Notes: generated by a model from the sequence alone, not told the origin. DNA of 64,000 nucleotides from the human T2T-CHM13v2.0 reference genome, Homo sapiens (GCF_009914755.1 NC_060936.1); one strand, 5' to 3'. Shown: positions 35,687 to 51,609, numbered from the stretch's first letter. Translations and numbers: made by a program.

Positions 35687-37163
35687 TATTATCCTTTGTG
35701 GATAATAATTTTACTCTTCCATTTTATTATTCTGTTTTGTAGCACAGCTATTAAATGTCATGTGTTTGTTATACAGAACTGTCTTCTCAAAGTCCCACAT
35801 ACCCCATATATTCCTCGAGTTATGGTCCTGTATTATAGATGTATACTACAACAGACACATATGATCTACAATAGATATGTACAATCTATACTACAAGGGA
35901 CATCCTGCTGTCCCTTGCTAAGAGGCAGTTATGCCCACCTCAATAGCACTGTCTGTCAAAACTGTCTGGATTCCTCACGTAATGAGGCTTTGCAAAACTT
36001 GAAGGGTACTGGGAGAGACAGTGAGTCTCAAAAGGTGGACCAAAGATTTTTAATGATCTATGATATTTTCTAGGCCAGGAATGTGCAATTTTAGTCTACT
36101 GACTACCTCACAAGGAGGCAGCACATCTCATAAACCTCCTGTTTGCTCCTTCTCGCTACAGGGGGAAAACCTAACTCATCAGATTTTGTAAATTTCTACA
36201 ACATGCATTTGGAGTAATTCATTGAACATAAACGTACTGAACACCTACTATAAGCCAAGCACTGTGGCAAGTTGTAGACATCCCATTAATTTTTAATTTC
36301 TTAAATTATTAATGCAGCAATGCTGCTAGAGTTATAAACATGAATACTGTAAGAAACAAGAACACAGATCGATTTGAAGTCCTAGTGGTCACCAGTGATT
36401 CTTGGAATTCCCTTTAACCATCAGCTCATTGGTTACCCTCACTTCGTTTTTGTCACTGAAACTCCTAATGAGAGATCTAGGAGGCTTCTCTGCTATGGGA
36501 TTAACACTGAAAGGACCCTTGAATAATTAGAATGCTTTCTGGTACAAGATAGACTCAAAATGGACTAGTCCTCTGTAGAATTCCTCTACAATAAATACTA
36601 TTTTTGAGATCTATTAGAGAATTTGTAATGTCATAATGTCAGGGTTTTATTTTGGCTACAAATTAAAAATGTACCCAAAATATTTAACTAAACTGACATC
36701 ATAGCAGTAGTGTCGTCAAAGACCACGCTGTTCTTCCCATTTGTTCTTACGATTAGTTTTGCACTGACTAGCAGGATCAACTGTGGCAGTGATTTGCCTT
36801 GGAAAGAATTAGCAGAATCCTAAATGGAAGGGCTAAAATTCTTAATCTTTGAAAATTTTGAAAACACTGAATAAATAAATTTTATATATGTAATTTCTAT
36901 CAACAAAATTGTAAGTATTAGAAATACTTCTTAATTTATGGATAATCCATCAAAAGAGATTAACCAACGGCAGTGCTGTTTTTCTTACAGCTTCTAATGA
37001 GAAGACTAGAAGTAAGTTTAGCACCTCTGAAGGACAAATTAACACAATAGGGAATCTGCTCTGCAACAGCATGTGAAATGTTACCTGGGTGGCATCTTAA
37101 TACGTGAGACAGGGGGTATGGATTAGACTGAGCTCAGGGACCTCAAAGTAAAAGCTTTCCTGG

Positions 37164-37360
37164 GAAGGGGAACATCACACACCAGGGCCTGTTGTGGGGT
37201 GGGGTGGCAGGGGGAGGGATAGCATTAGGAGATATACCTAATGTTAAATGACGAGTTAATGGGTGCAGCACACCAACATGGCACATGTATACATATGTAA
37301 CTAACCTGCACGTTGTGCACATGTACCCTAAAACTTAAAGTATAAAAAAAAAAAAAAAAA
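37164..37360 (+). mobile_element. 5'-truncated L1PA3/4-like 3'UTR with poly(A)
   Basis: Typical L1PA 3' end. Perfect TSD AAAAGCTTTCCTGG at 37150-37163 and 37359-37372. Confidence 0.92.
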
Positions 37361-37546
37361 AAGCTTTCCTGGAAATTGTTGCTGCTCCCCCCTTGTGGTA
37401 AACTATTTAGATGCATTGTAAATATGACTATAAAGTTTTTCCTATACTAAAATGTTAGGCTACATAGGCCACGTTTTATCTCCTCCCCCAACATTTTTTA
37501 AAGGAAAATGGATTATGCCAAATGATTAAATGCCACTTAAGTGTCA

Positions 37547-37738
<192 letters not shown>

Positions 37739-37799
37739 CTAATATATTCTAAAATTAAAATATATTGGTATATTCATTACTATGGATAAAAAAAATTTT

Positions 37800-38800
37800 A
37801 AGCTAAATGTTAGCCTACCAATTCTATCAACGTATAAGAAAAGATCATTTTGATAAGGTTGAATTCACCCCAGAAATAAAAGGTTTTCACTTTAGAAAAT
37901 CAATGTAATTTACCTAAAAAGGAATATTAAAAATAAAATAAAATGACCCACCTCAAAAGATGAAGAAAAAAATCCTAGCCAGTTCAGTAAGAAAAGGAAA
38001 TAAAAGGTATTAAGATAACAATTAGAAAGAAATAATATTCTCATTCATATATAATGTTATCTAGAATTTATTGCTAAATCATTAGAATAGTCAGAGTTTA
38101 AGTTAGTCCCAAAATCAATATATGAAATCAACTGCATTTCTGCATTCTAGCACACAGTTAGAAAATGCAAAATTTTAAAGGACACCATTTACAATATCAA
38201 AGAAGTTTAAAAATACATCAGAATAAACATACAAAAAAGAGTAAGACCTTATGGAAAAGAATAAAACTTATGTTAACATTAAAAAAGGCTCAAATAAGTA
38301 GAAACTGTATCATAAATAACTCAAAAACAGAGTGCTGTATATGGAAAATAAATATATTCAGAATATTCGTAATGAGAAAAGTGAAATTAAAGCAAAATAC
38401 CACTTAATACCTATTAGACTGCAAAAACTAGAAAGCTCAATGACGCCAACACTGTTTGTAGCAGCATTGTTTGTAATGGCCAAAAAACTATTGGAACTAC
38501 CCTAAGTGTCTATCAACAGTTAAACAGGCTGTAAGAATTACTACAGTGACAAATTCACTGGAATGCAATACAGCAGTGAAAACAATTTATGAATGCATGA
38601 ATTCAGAATTCATATGTATGAATCTCAGGACTTTAATGTTAAATTAAAAAGTAAGTTACGGAAAATATACATTCAATATAATTCCATTTACATAAAGTTC
38701 AAACTCATTCAAAATTAAACAATAATTATAGATTCAAATATATAAAGTTACAAAGAAAAGCAACAGAATGATTACCTAGAGTGGTGACTAACTTTGAGGG
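37800..38800 (+). mobile_element. Ancient L1 (L1ME-like) fragments
   Basis: A-rich, with motifs such as AAAATCAATATATGAAATCAACTGCATTTCT. Boundaries approximate. Confidence 0.55.
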
Positions 38801-38971
38801 AGGCTATTTCAGAATTTGAAAAGACATAAAAATTAAAAATAAAATTGAAACATTATGAATACAAAGAAGTAAACAAAGAGCAACAAAGATAGCAGAGTTT
38901 TATATCAAATGAATGGTACCAATAAGTGTACTAACGAACCTTAAAGAAGAAACTATTGACTGAGCGCTTAT

Positions 38972-39175
38972 CAGGAGTGTCCAATCTTTGGCTTTCCCTG
39001 GGCCACATTGGAAGAATTGTCTTGGGCCACACATAAAATACACTAACATTAATGATAGCTGATGAGCTAAAAAAAAAAAATTGCAAAAATATCTCATAAT
39101 GTTTTAAGACAGTTTACGAATTTGTGTTGGGCTGGATTCAAAGCCAGCATGTGACCTGTGGGCTGGACAAGCTTG
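38972..39175. mobile_element. MER30 hAT-Charlie relic
   Basis: CAGGAGTGTCCAATCTTTGGCTTTCCCTGGGCCACATTGGAAGAATTGTCTTGGGCCACAC...GGACAAGCTTG. Confidence 0.85.
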
Positions 39176-39889
39176 GCTTAGACAGTGAGAAAGACTTCCT
39201 ATGGAGGAAACACGGCATATGACGGCTCTTTAATAAAAGATCTAGAAAACAAAAACAGAGAGGGAGATGAGTAAAAGAGCATTCTTCATGGCATAGTGGA
39301 AGAATGCTGACATACTTTCACACAGGGTTAGAAAGAAGATTGTCAAGGGTCAAATTGTGAAGGGTGAAGGAATTTGGGAAGGCACAGAAAGTTGGAAGCT
39401 ACAATGTGCTGAATTGAAAGAGTAATCTGACAGACACATAAAGTGTCATGAATACATTAGGGACGGCAGTGAGGACACTACAGCGTTAATCCAGGTCTGT
39501 AGTGATGAAGACTTGGCCAGTGATAAGAGGAGTGGAATAATTTTTAAAGCACTTACCATGCTTGATGGGTATGGCTGTAGTTTTAGAAACAGTAAAATCA
39601 TTTTATAATTATCCAGCCAGTGTGTTAAAGGGGAGATATAACTGCAATGCTATAGTAAAGAAGGAATAAAGCTGTGCATGGTAAGGATGAGGGGCAATCA
39701 GCTCAGCTAGCCAAAACCGTTATCTCTTCCTGGCTGTCCCATAAAGCAGAAATCAAACACAGCCTCCTGCCATTAACTCTAAGTCCAGAGTTGAGGTAAA
39801 GAACAGAAATGTGAGAGTGACTTGTTTTCCTTTTAATCTTAAGACTCCCTGTCCAGAGACTGCTTGCATACGTTTTATTCTCTTTTATC

Positions 39890-39908
39890 TACTGCCACCT
39901 AGTGTAGA
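39890..39908 (-). promoter_or_regulatory. Candidate CTCF site
   Basis: TCTACACTAGGTGGCAGTA matches 13 of 14 positions of CCASYAGRKGGCRS. Confidence 0.6.
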
Positions 39909-42418
39909 CAGAAAATTATTTACCTAGAAAATACAATCTAGTTGCACCATCTGAAATTGAAACTGCTCAAGAAATCTAAATCACGTAGAGTCAGCACCTG
40001 TCATTAAAAAAAATCCTTGACCTACAAGTTGGGAAACAAGTCCTGATGTAATTAACAGTATTTAACTGCGTAAGTTGCTGCCACATAAGTTAAATAGAGC
40101 TGGAAGTTCTTACTAAGTAACATTTATAGTCCTCTCCATAAAGAAAATATGCTGAGGGGGTCATATGGTTAAATTCTTTGCTAGCTAACTCTCAGGAATA
40201 CTAACAGTACCTTGTAGCTCCTGATATTTATTAAAGGGAAGAATATGTTAATAATTAGAGCTGCCTTGAAATGAAGTGGGCTGCCTATGAGAGGCCAAGT
40301 TCTCCATGGCTGAACAAGGGTATATAACTGGGACTAATGAATGAGGTAAAGGTTAGCCTGTATGACCTCAAAGGTACCATCCCACATCCCCCATTGAGGT
40401 TCTCTGTGTCCATGATACTGAGGAGTCCACGAACATAAAACCTCTACTAATAAATTCCATAAGCCTTCACTAGACTACAAGCTTCTAAAGAGCAAGGAGT
40501 ATGCCCATCTTGTTCACTGCTGCATACTCTAAAGCTAGTACAACGTCCAGCACACAGATACTTTAATATCTGTTAACAGGATAAAATGTAATTTTGTTTA
40601 TATTGAAGCATTACATCAAAGTGGTTAAAAACACAGAATGGAACCAGAGTGCCTGGGTTGAAATTCTACTGCTGCCACTTACTAACTTTAAGATTTAACT
40701 AACATAGACCTCAATTTCTCATGGGATAATAGTGGTACTTATTTCACCGAGATTTTAGGAATATTAACTTAATTTGTATAAAACACTTAGAACAGTCTTG
40801 TATAACTGTTAGACTTTATCATCATGTAATGAACATTTACTGAGGCCTGAAACAGTATAAACATATACCCCAGTTAGAAGTAGAATACAAAATGGATAGA
40901 CAAGTGGTCATTTTAAAAAATCATAAATGGTGATGTTTTCAACCTTATTAGAAGATTGAGATAAAAACCCAATCTCAGACTTAAAAACTTAAATTGATCA
41001 CTTGTACTTTTCAACAATGAATCATGGTCAGACTATCACAAAATATTATTATATAAATATTTGGTTAAGGTAAAGGACATTTTCCTTCCTGCTAAATATC
41101 ATACAGAATTTCATATGCAATTTATATGTTAAGGTAATCTAAAATGGCCATAAAAAACTGAAAGCCATCAGAACATTATTTTATTAAAAAAATCTTTTTA
41201 ACCAATTATAATCCCTGCTTACAATATTCTGCAATTCTCCTAGAATAACTATTTTGATGCTTTACTGTCATTAAGAGCTATCGCCATCGCTTAGAATGGC
41301 TCTACTGTCTTCTCATCAAAATGTGTAAGAAAGAAGGGAACTGCTGCTCCGGAGAAAAATATCACACACACACACACACTGAAGGAAAGTCTGGTTTTGT
41401 CTAGGGGCAGGACAATGCAATCCAACTCATGACAGTCTGAAGAAGATAAAGTCAGCATGAACTAGTGATGTGCTATAGCACAACATGGGTAGGGTCAAGA
41501 TACCTTGTGTAAAAACTGGGCTTCTTTCCCATCAAAAAAAAGAGAGAGAGGTACTGTTCTCATGTTTTTAATTAAGATGGCGTGCCTAGGCCAGGAGTAC
41601 TACGAAGGATCTGTAGTTAGATAAGTAGGAAGAACCCGGGAGGGGGCTATTTCACATAGAGAGAATTTGATATTTCATGCCTTCTTTCATGTGGCCTCCT
41701 TCTCTCATTTATTTTAAAAGTAATATGGCTATCACCCCCTCTATCCATGTAGGAATTAGTAATTTATACATTTAGTCAGCTGGTACCCAAGATCTAAGAC
41801 TCTGCAGGATTCCCCACCTTCAAACAAGTGAAGCGCTTAAGGCTAGCAAAGGGGTGGCTTTTGCAAAAGGCCAAACTATTTTACTCAGCAGATTGAGATT
41901 ATGCAATTCAGATGAGTCTCATAGAAAACATAATACAAATCATAAAAATGTTATCTCGTTTCAAACTCAGAAATAAAACACTCATGGTCACTGCAAACAG
42001 AGAAAGAAAAATTCATCAGTTCACTTAGATACCATTTATTCTACATATTTTAATAAGATGTTTATTTTCCTTAAATCCTAATACTGACCTCAAAAAAAGA
42101 TTTCTTAGTTTTAAAATATTTCCCAAGTAACTGCATGTAAATTTGCCTAAAGCTTTGAAAAAAACTTAATCTACTGAATTTAGTATTTCAAAGTAAAGTT
42201 TACTAATCATAAATGAACACAGCACAACTTCTATTCTGACTATTCCATTCTGTGTGAAAGTTTTGAACTAAGTAGTCTTTGGCTTAGTGAGGGATCCATA
42301 TTTATTAATTTGAAGTAGAGTCTTTAAAACACAATTTGGTACTTAACAATTATTTATTCATAATACTAAAGTTGTTCCCTGTCTAGAAAATTTCATAACC
42401 TTGACTTTTTTATAAGAG

Positions 42419-42722
42419 TTTTTTTTTTTTTTTTTTTTTTTTGAGACGGAGTCTTGCCCTGTTGCCCAGGCTGGAGTGCACTGACATGATCTCGGCTCAC
42501 TACAACCTCCGCCTCCCAGGTTCAAGCGATTCTACTGCCTCAGCCTCCTGAGTAGCTGGGATTATAGGCACGCGCCACCACACCCAGCAAATTTTTGTAT
42601 TTTTAGTAGAGACGGGATTTCACCATGTTGGTCAGGCTAGTCTCGAACTCCTGACCTCATTAGCCGCCCACCTCGGCCTTCCAAAGTGCTGGGATTACAA
42701 ACATGAGCCACCGCACCTGGCC
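42419..42722 (-). mobile_element. AluS
   Basis: Long poly(T), full dimer. Confidence 0.92.
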
Positions 42723-44561
42723 CAAGAGATTTTTTCAGGAAAAAAAAAAAAAAAGAAACAATTACAACAATTGGTTGTTCATATACAGAATCCTATCACT
42801 CTTCTGGCATTTTATATCACAGGGCCTCAAAGTGTTTTACAAAAGCAAGTCATGTTTTATACTTAATTTAAGCAGCCATGCATGTTTACAGATAATTTAA
42901 ACTGTGTACACAGAGGCTGACTACCTTAAGGTCACAAAAAAAAAATTCAGTCACAAGGCTCAGCATTTTGTAGAGTGCAATTGAACTCTAATTCCACGAT
43001 GAAGAAAAGTCAGTGTTTAATAGAATTTTTAGGGGTATACGTGAAAAATTTGTTTGAGAGTGGCTTTGCATGGCCTGGGTCAGCCTGACCCAGCAACACA
43101 AAGCAGCCCAGCTGGTTTAATGGCTTTTTGGCTATACCATAAGAGCAGAGCCACTCAGGCAACTCCTTGACATTTTAAAGAAAGCCTAGCACTCTGAAAT
43201 GAACTAGGGCTGACAGTAAATCAGAGAAAAAATGGCTTGAGTCTCTGTGCTGAGGTGAGTGTGGAGTCATGGAAATAGCACCTAATTCACGAGGAAAGCA
43301 GTCTCGGGATCAGCCTGCAGTTCTGCCACCCAACACCCTGGAAAGTGGCCAAATGGATATTTCCCTCCTGATCAATCTTGGCCAAACCACAAGATGACAG
43401 AATAAAAATACCAAGAGTTAATAAAACCAACTTGGATAATACAAGAAAAAAATACTCAAGTTAAATTAAAATATATTTCACATGTATTTTATATGAATTT
43501 ATATAATCACAGGGATAAGAAATATAACTAGAAACAGAAGCAAAAAATGGGAAAACCAAATTAGATTACTTTTTTCTTTTAAATAAAAGAAAAATGATAA
43601 TACAATAAGTAGTACAAAGAAGTGGTAACATGATTAATACTTTAGAAGAACTGAAAAGATTGTCAGAAGTTGGAAAAGACAAAGATTATAGCCAAGAACT
43701 GAAAGTCAACACTACCAGGGAAAAGCAAAGGCAGAAATCCCAAGATATGGCTGGATTAAACAAAATGTAGAAAATAGTTTAAAAAACAAAGAACAAAAAC
43801 ATATACTTAGATGCACAACTGGAGACTAGCAGAAGTGCCTGAGATAACAGCAAAGACCAAGACTAAGGAAAACAAAATGAAAGAAGTGATGTGGCTGAGG
43901 GTACATGCACAGCATGAACAGTGAATGCGGCTACCGTGCATTGCTGCTCAGGAATACATCTCAAGAACTCAAAATACCTAACTCTAAAAGCAAAGAGACT
44001 GCCAGTGATAAAAATTCAGATGAACAGGTAATTTCTGAAGTCAGCTCTTAGAAGAGAAACAGCTGAAGAAGAATAATGCAAAATAAGAATAGGCTAACAT
44101 CAGCTAAGCATCTAGCAAAGATAAATCTCTCTTTGAAGACAAAAGAATGCTTAAATCATAACACTTAAATTCATAGGACCTAAGGGAATTTGTCAGCAAA
44201 AACCTACAGCTAAATAGATAACTATATATGCAAAATATATTCAGGCAATAACATTGTCTTAATTATTAGATTTAATCACTAACTCTCTTCTTTTACCTGT
44301 CCATAAGATTTTTTTTTGCTGTAAAAGAGTTTTAAGCTACCTATTTCAATAACCATTATAAAAATTCTTGCCCTCCAGCCTTATTCTCATGACAGCCATC
44401 ACATGACCTCCCTAAACACACCTAAAATATAAAGCTAGTTTAGACTTCACAGTCACCAGAGGCCTTAGATTTAATTTCTCATTTCCTATTACTATCAACA
44501 CTATTTTTTAGTTTTACTTCTGGGCCTTCAAGAAACAAATATAAAACTTTATTACACACTA

Positions 44562-44858
<297 letters not shown>

Positions 44859-45513
44859 CTATGAAAAAAGTCAATGATGTTGGCAGTTATTGACTTGCAT
44901 GTACAAGCAATAGAGCTGATTTTAAAACCCACAATATACAGAATTGTCTCCCAAAGTAGGAAGGGTAGATATATATTTCAACTATGTTACTATTTCTCAA
45001 TATCTTTTTTTAAGGTGTGGTTGAGGGAGAGATTTAACATTTTGAATTGCCTTCATGTCTGGTTTAAAATTCATATTAAGAAAATATCTGGTTATCTTAA
45101 AATCCTCTTTTTTTTTGGTCAAAGCCCAAAACCATGTTTTGGACTGGTCATTCACTTTATTCAATAAATCTGGCCATGAATGACTTTTGGTCATTTCAGA
45201 TAAATGCAGATTTGGTATATAAATGATTTATATTTACCATCCTCAAGAAGCTTAAGATAAGGCAATGATTCAAGCAAAAGTGCTATATAATTACTGAAAG
45301 TGGACATATAGTGTCAGTTACATGTATAGTTAAGTGTAAAATGAGCAAAAGAAAATAACTATTTGAGTTCCCAAAATTTAGAACTGGCTCTGTTTCAGCT
45401 ATGAGATAGCAGACTTCATGGTAGTAATTAAAATATAAACTCATTGACAAACATCTTAACATACACAAACTAGCTGGTTGTAAAACTCTTAGCTGAGGTC
45501 AAGGATTCCTTTA

Positions 45514-45669
<156 letters not shown>

Positions 45670-46915
45670 TCATGGCCAAGAAGACTATGGATATCAATTT
45701 CTCATCCTAATTTATGCATACTACTCATGCAATAAGTCTAATAAAACACATCAGTTGCTAGCAACTAATGCTGGCAGAGTGAAGATAATCAAAGAATCAA
45801 CCCAATCATATTAAAACACAAATAAATGATACTAAAAAAATACTAAAAATTAATTAAAAAAATAACTTTTTTCTCCTTTCAAGAAAAGCTTTTACATATG
45901 TAAGTTCATAAGAATTTCTGTTAAGATTTTCTGGCTTTGGACTCTGTATTCAACCAATCACTAGCAGAAACTGAATGATAAATATGTAGGTAATGGGAAT
46001 GAGGCTATTTACATGAAGTCCATTTCCTGACCAATGGGCTTCACTGAGTTCCCCCTTCATGTAGGCAACCATAAACCACTAAAAGTTTAAAGAGCAGAAC
46101 ACAGATAGGAGGAGAGCTGTGAATGATTAAAATCAGTATCACAATTCTGAGAAAGATGAATTGGAGTAAGATGCTTGGTTGGAGGCCAGTTAGGAAGTTC
46201 CTGTAATTATCTAGGTGAGAGGTAATGAAAACCTGAAATTGAGCAGTTACTGCGGAGTTGGACAAGACTGTGCTTGGCACAGTCACAAGATGGATAGCCT
46301 CTAGGTCAATTTTTCAGTCCAGATAAGAGTAAGTATTTCTTATCTCAAAAATATTAATATATACCATATGTTTTTAATATGTCCTTAATCTGTACAAGAA
46401 AAGTTTTAGGGAAAAACATCTTGTATTTTCCCAAGTAGACTATCCCACAGATTTAGTTTATAATATTAATAGCTTCATAAACACCTTTACTTCCAGACTA
46501 AAATTCCATCTTCATGTAGTGTTTTCCTACTGAAAGACTGTGTTTATCTTTTTTCCCTATTATTTTGTACTTTTTTCATGGATATTTCAATCCTTGGCCA
46601 CTTTTATTTGTTGTTTATTCAGCCTAAATCCATGGATATGCATATATTTAAGCTGGTTAGTATTTATTTCTGCTTTACCCTAACACCACTGCAGAATAAA
46701 TGATAACGCAAAGCAGGAAGCCAGGCAGAACCTGTGAAAAAGAAACTCTTCTCTTCTAGACCACAAGGCTCATTCTATTTCTAGATATAAACAGCTTATA
46801 CTTGTTAAAAGGAAGTACCTCAAAAAAAAAAGAGGATGCATTCTAAAAAATTCAGAGAAGTTTGAATATTGTCTGGAAGAAAAGACTAGTTTATATACTC
46901 AAAAAAATTTATCTA

Positions 46916-47257
<342 letters not shown>

Positions 47258-47811
47258 TCAATAAAAGGCACCCCTCTTACCTACTTGGTTCTAAACCAAT
47301 TGAGAAATAAGACAAAGGAATACAGCACATAAGAATCGAAATATCACCTTTCTTTCTAATAAATGCTTGTAAAAAGAGAATGTGGCTTTTATGTGTAACA
47401 CAAATAGGCTTTCTAGAACGGATGCCCAGAATGAGTCACAGGCAACACTAGACAAGGGCAGGTCTCCCCACAAGGAATATCAGAGAAAAACAGTGAAGAA
47501 TGGCTACTCCCAAAGGCAGGAGAGTAGAAGGTGTTAGGCTGTGCTTACCCAATTTCTCCTAAACCCACCAACAAATTAGCAGAAGGAGTGAGGGAGAGGT
47601 GTGAGAGGCTGGGTGTCAGGGCTAAGCGGGACAGCCTCCACATGAAGGAAGGATCTGAAGTATGGAATCTACTTACCCATCACCATTTACCCAGTCAATC
47701 TATACAACATACTGATAAAGACAGCAGGAGAAGATTCATTTAATGGCCATTGAAAGATACACATTGATTTTGATAAGAATTACAACAAATAATATTTCTT
47801 TTTTTCTTCCA

Positions 47812-48103
<292 letters not shown>

Positions 48104-48247
48104 ACAAATAATATTTCTAAGAGTTGCTTCCAGAGGATAAAAACAGCCTTGGAAGTAAAAAAATTTTATGATAGCAGCAATGTGTGCTATGTCTGGAAAA
48201 ATAATAAAGGGACATAAAAATGGATCAGAAATTTAAAATATATATTA

Positions 48248-48469
<222 letters not shown>

Positions 48470-49489
48470 TTACTTTTGAAGATACCCCAGTGCCTTATTA
48501 GCAATAGGTTGTAAACAAGAGCACTGTTTCCACAACAACAAAACTCTATATGGCTCACTAAAACGAGTATTTTGGCATCACATAGCACTAAGCTTCCAGT
48601 TAGAGAGCCAGAATAACTTTAAAAATGAGACTGTGTCACGGAAAGGTAATCTTATTGACCACATTACTATAAATTCTTTGGATATATTGCCAATAAAACT
48701 GACAGTTAATCATCACCAGCTCAGATAGGGTATATAACCTAGTCTCAAATTAAAGGTAATAACTAATTAGTGGCTTGGGATTAAAGGGAGAAAAGTGTGG
48801 AGACAGTTTGAAACGGGCACAGTCCTGCCATCATGCTTGAGACTTTGTCTCCAGACAGTATCCTTCCAACAGGAGGCAGTATAACACAATGATCAAAAGT
48901 TAATTTTTCTATGCACTGTGTAAGCAGGAAGACCTAAGTAGTTCTATTGATTCTTTGAGCAAGTTAATTACCCTATTTAAATCTCAATTTCCTTATCTTA
49001 AAAATGTGAGTAATAATGATACCTCCTAGGAATATTGTTTAGATTTGGCACAGTGTCTGCTACATAGTAAACACTGGAAAAGCTACTATGTTTAATAATC
49101 ATTTCGATTTAATATAAATCCAATATAAACCAAGAAAATTCACTTCTCTTTTAGTTCAATATCAATACATAGGCATAGTAGGTAGTTGTTTTCTACCAGT
49201 TATAACACCTATTTGTGCTCACGTAACTCCCTGTGATTCAGAATTCAGTCATTTCTATCCTGACTTCTCACACAATGCTGATAACCAGAATTTGAAAATC
49301 TCATAGCAACTTCTTTTTTTTTCTTTAAACCAGCCCTCACATCATTTTTAAGGTCTCTTCACTTCCTGCTGTCCTTGAGCTTCTGAGACCCTGCTGTTGA
49401 TGGGAGCTAATTATACTATTCTCTAGCCTGTTCCAAGGCAGCCCATGACCCCAAGTAAGACAGCCAAACCACACCAACAAGGAGAATCA

Positions 49490-49684
<195 letters not shown>

Positions 49685-49700
49685 CTAATATTTCAATTTC

Positions 49701-50030
<330 letters not shown>

Positions 50031-50098
50031 TAAATTGTTATAATCAAACGTCTCCTTAGAAAACTAACCCACATAAATGCACAAAGAAAGTGTACTTA

Positions 50099-50245
<147 letters not shown>

Positions 50246-51306
50246 TCACCACCTCACCTCTACACCACAAATAAACCAGGCTGTAAATATTAAATACCAG
50301 AGACCACTGTTACCATCCCATGCAGTAAAGTCATATTCTGCAGCCAAGATCTTCATCATGACAAACAACACTGACAGACCATTAAAAGGTCAAAATATGC
50401 TATGTAGACTAACCAAGTTGCTTTTTTCCTTTTATTCTTTTATTAAAATAATTTTGGTTTTATTGCATCTGCTTTGGGGTTTTGATTCAATTCTGTACTC
50501 ACTCTAAGCCAAGTGCCTTGTATTTTTAAAAGAACTCTCTTCTATTTCTGTCACTTGCCAGCATTATCCATATGATTCAAGAGAGAGCCTTTATTACTCA
50601 TCCGACCAAGCTTGCAGTGAAACTTTTTGTAAGAAAAGGAATGGTGTGTTGAGAATTAAAATTAAGTGACATCACCAACAAAAGAACCTAACTGCCCATG
50701 CCTGTAACTTCCTGGACTTGGGGAGGCCAGAGAGCTCCAATGGACTGAAAATAGGACAATTCATTTATACAGAACAGAACAGAAGTTCCTTCATGGAGAA
50801 ATCTATCATCCACACGCCCCATTAAAAAGCAAATGAGAAAAATCTCAGACATCTTGTCTGCTGTTTTATGCTGTCTATTCCTTTAATATCCTTCCCAAGG
50901 TTCTTTTTTTATTGTTTGGCCACAATGCCTTTTAAATATAAACAGAAAAGCAGAAGACCACAGAGAAAATAAAAACAAATTTTAGACTATTAGAAAACTA
51001 TGAATAGTATTTTTATTATTAATATTTTCACAGTAACAAAAACCAAAAAAGACAGATTTGGGTCACAGACTATATTTCAATTTTATTTGTAGTTTCCCTC
51101 TATGCCCACAGTAAAGATTACTATGAGTCATCAATTAAGGGTGTGGAATATAATTGAAGATTTTTCTTTTTGTTCTCTCCCTACTCCCATTCTTAAGGCT
51201 GACCTAAAATTAATTCTTTGTGACAGAAACTTTGCATCTGGCGTTCACAGATTCACACAGAAAAAAGGCACAAAGAAGTTCCATGTGAAATAATATTTAA
51301 AAATCA

Positions 51307-51609
<303 letters not shown>

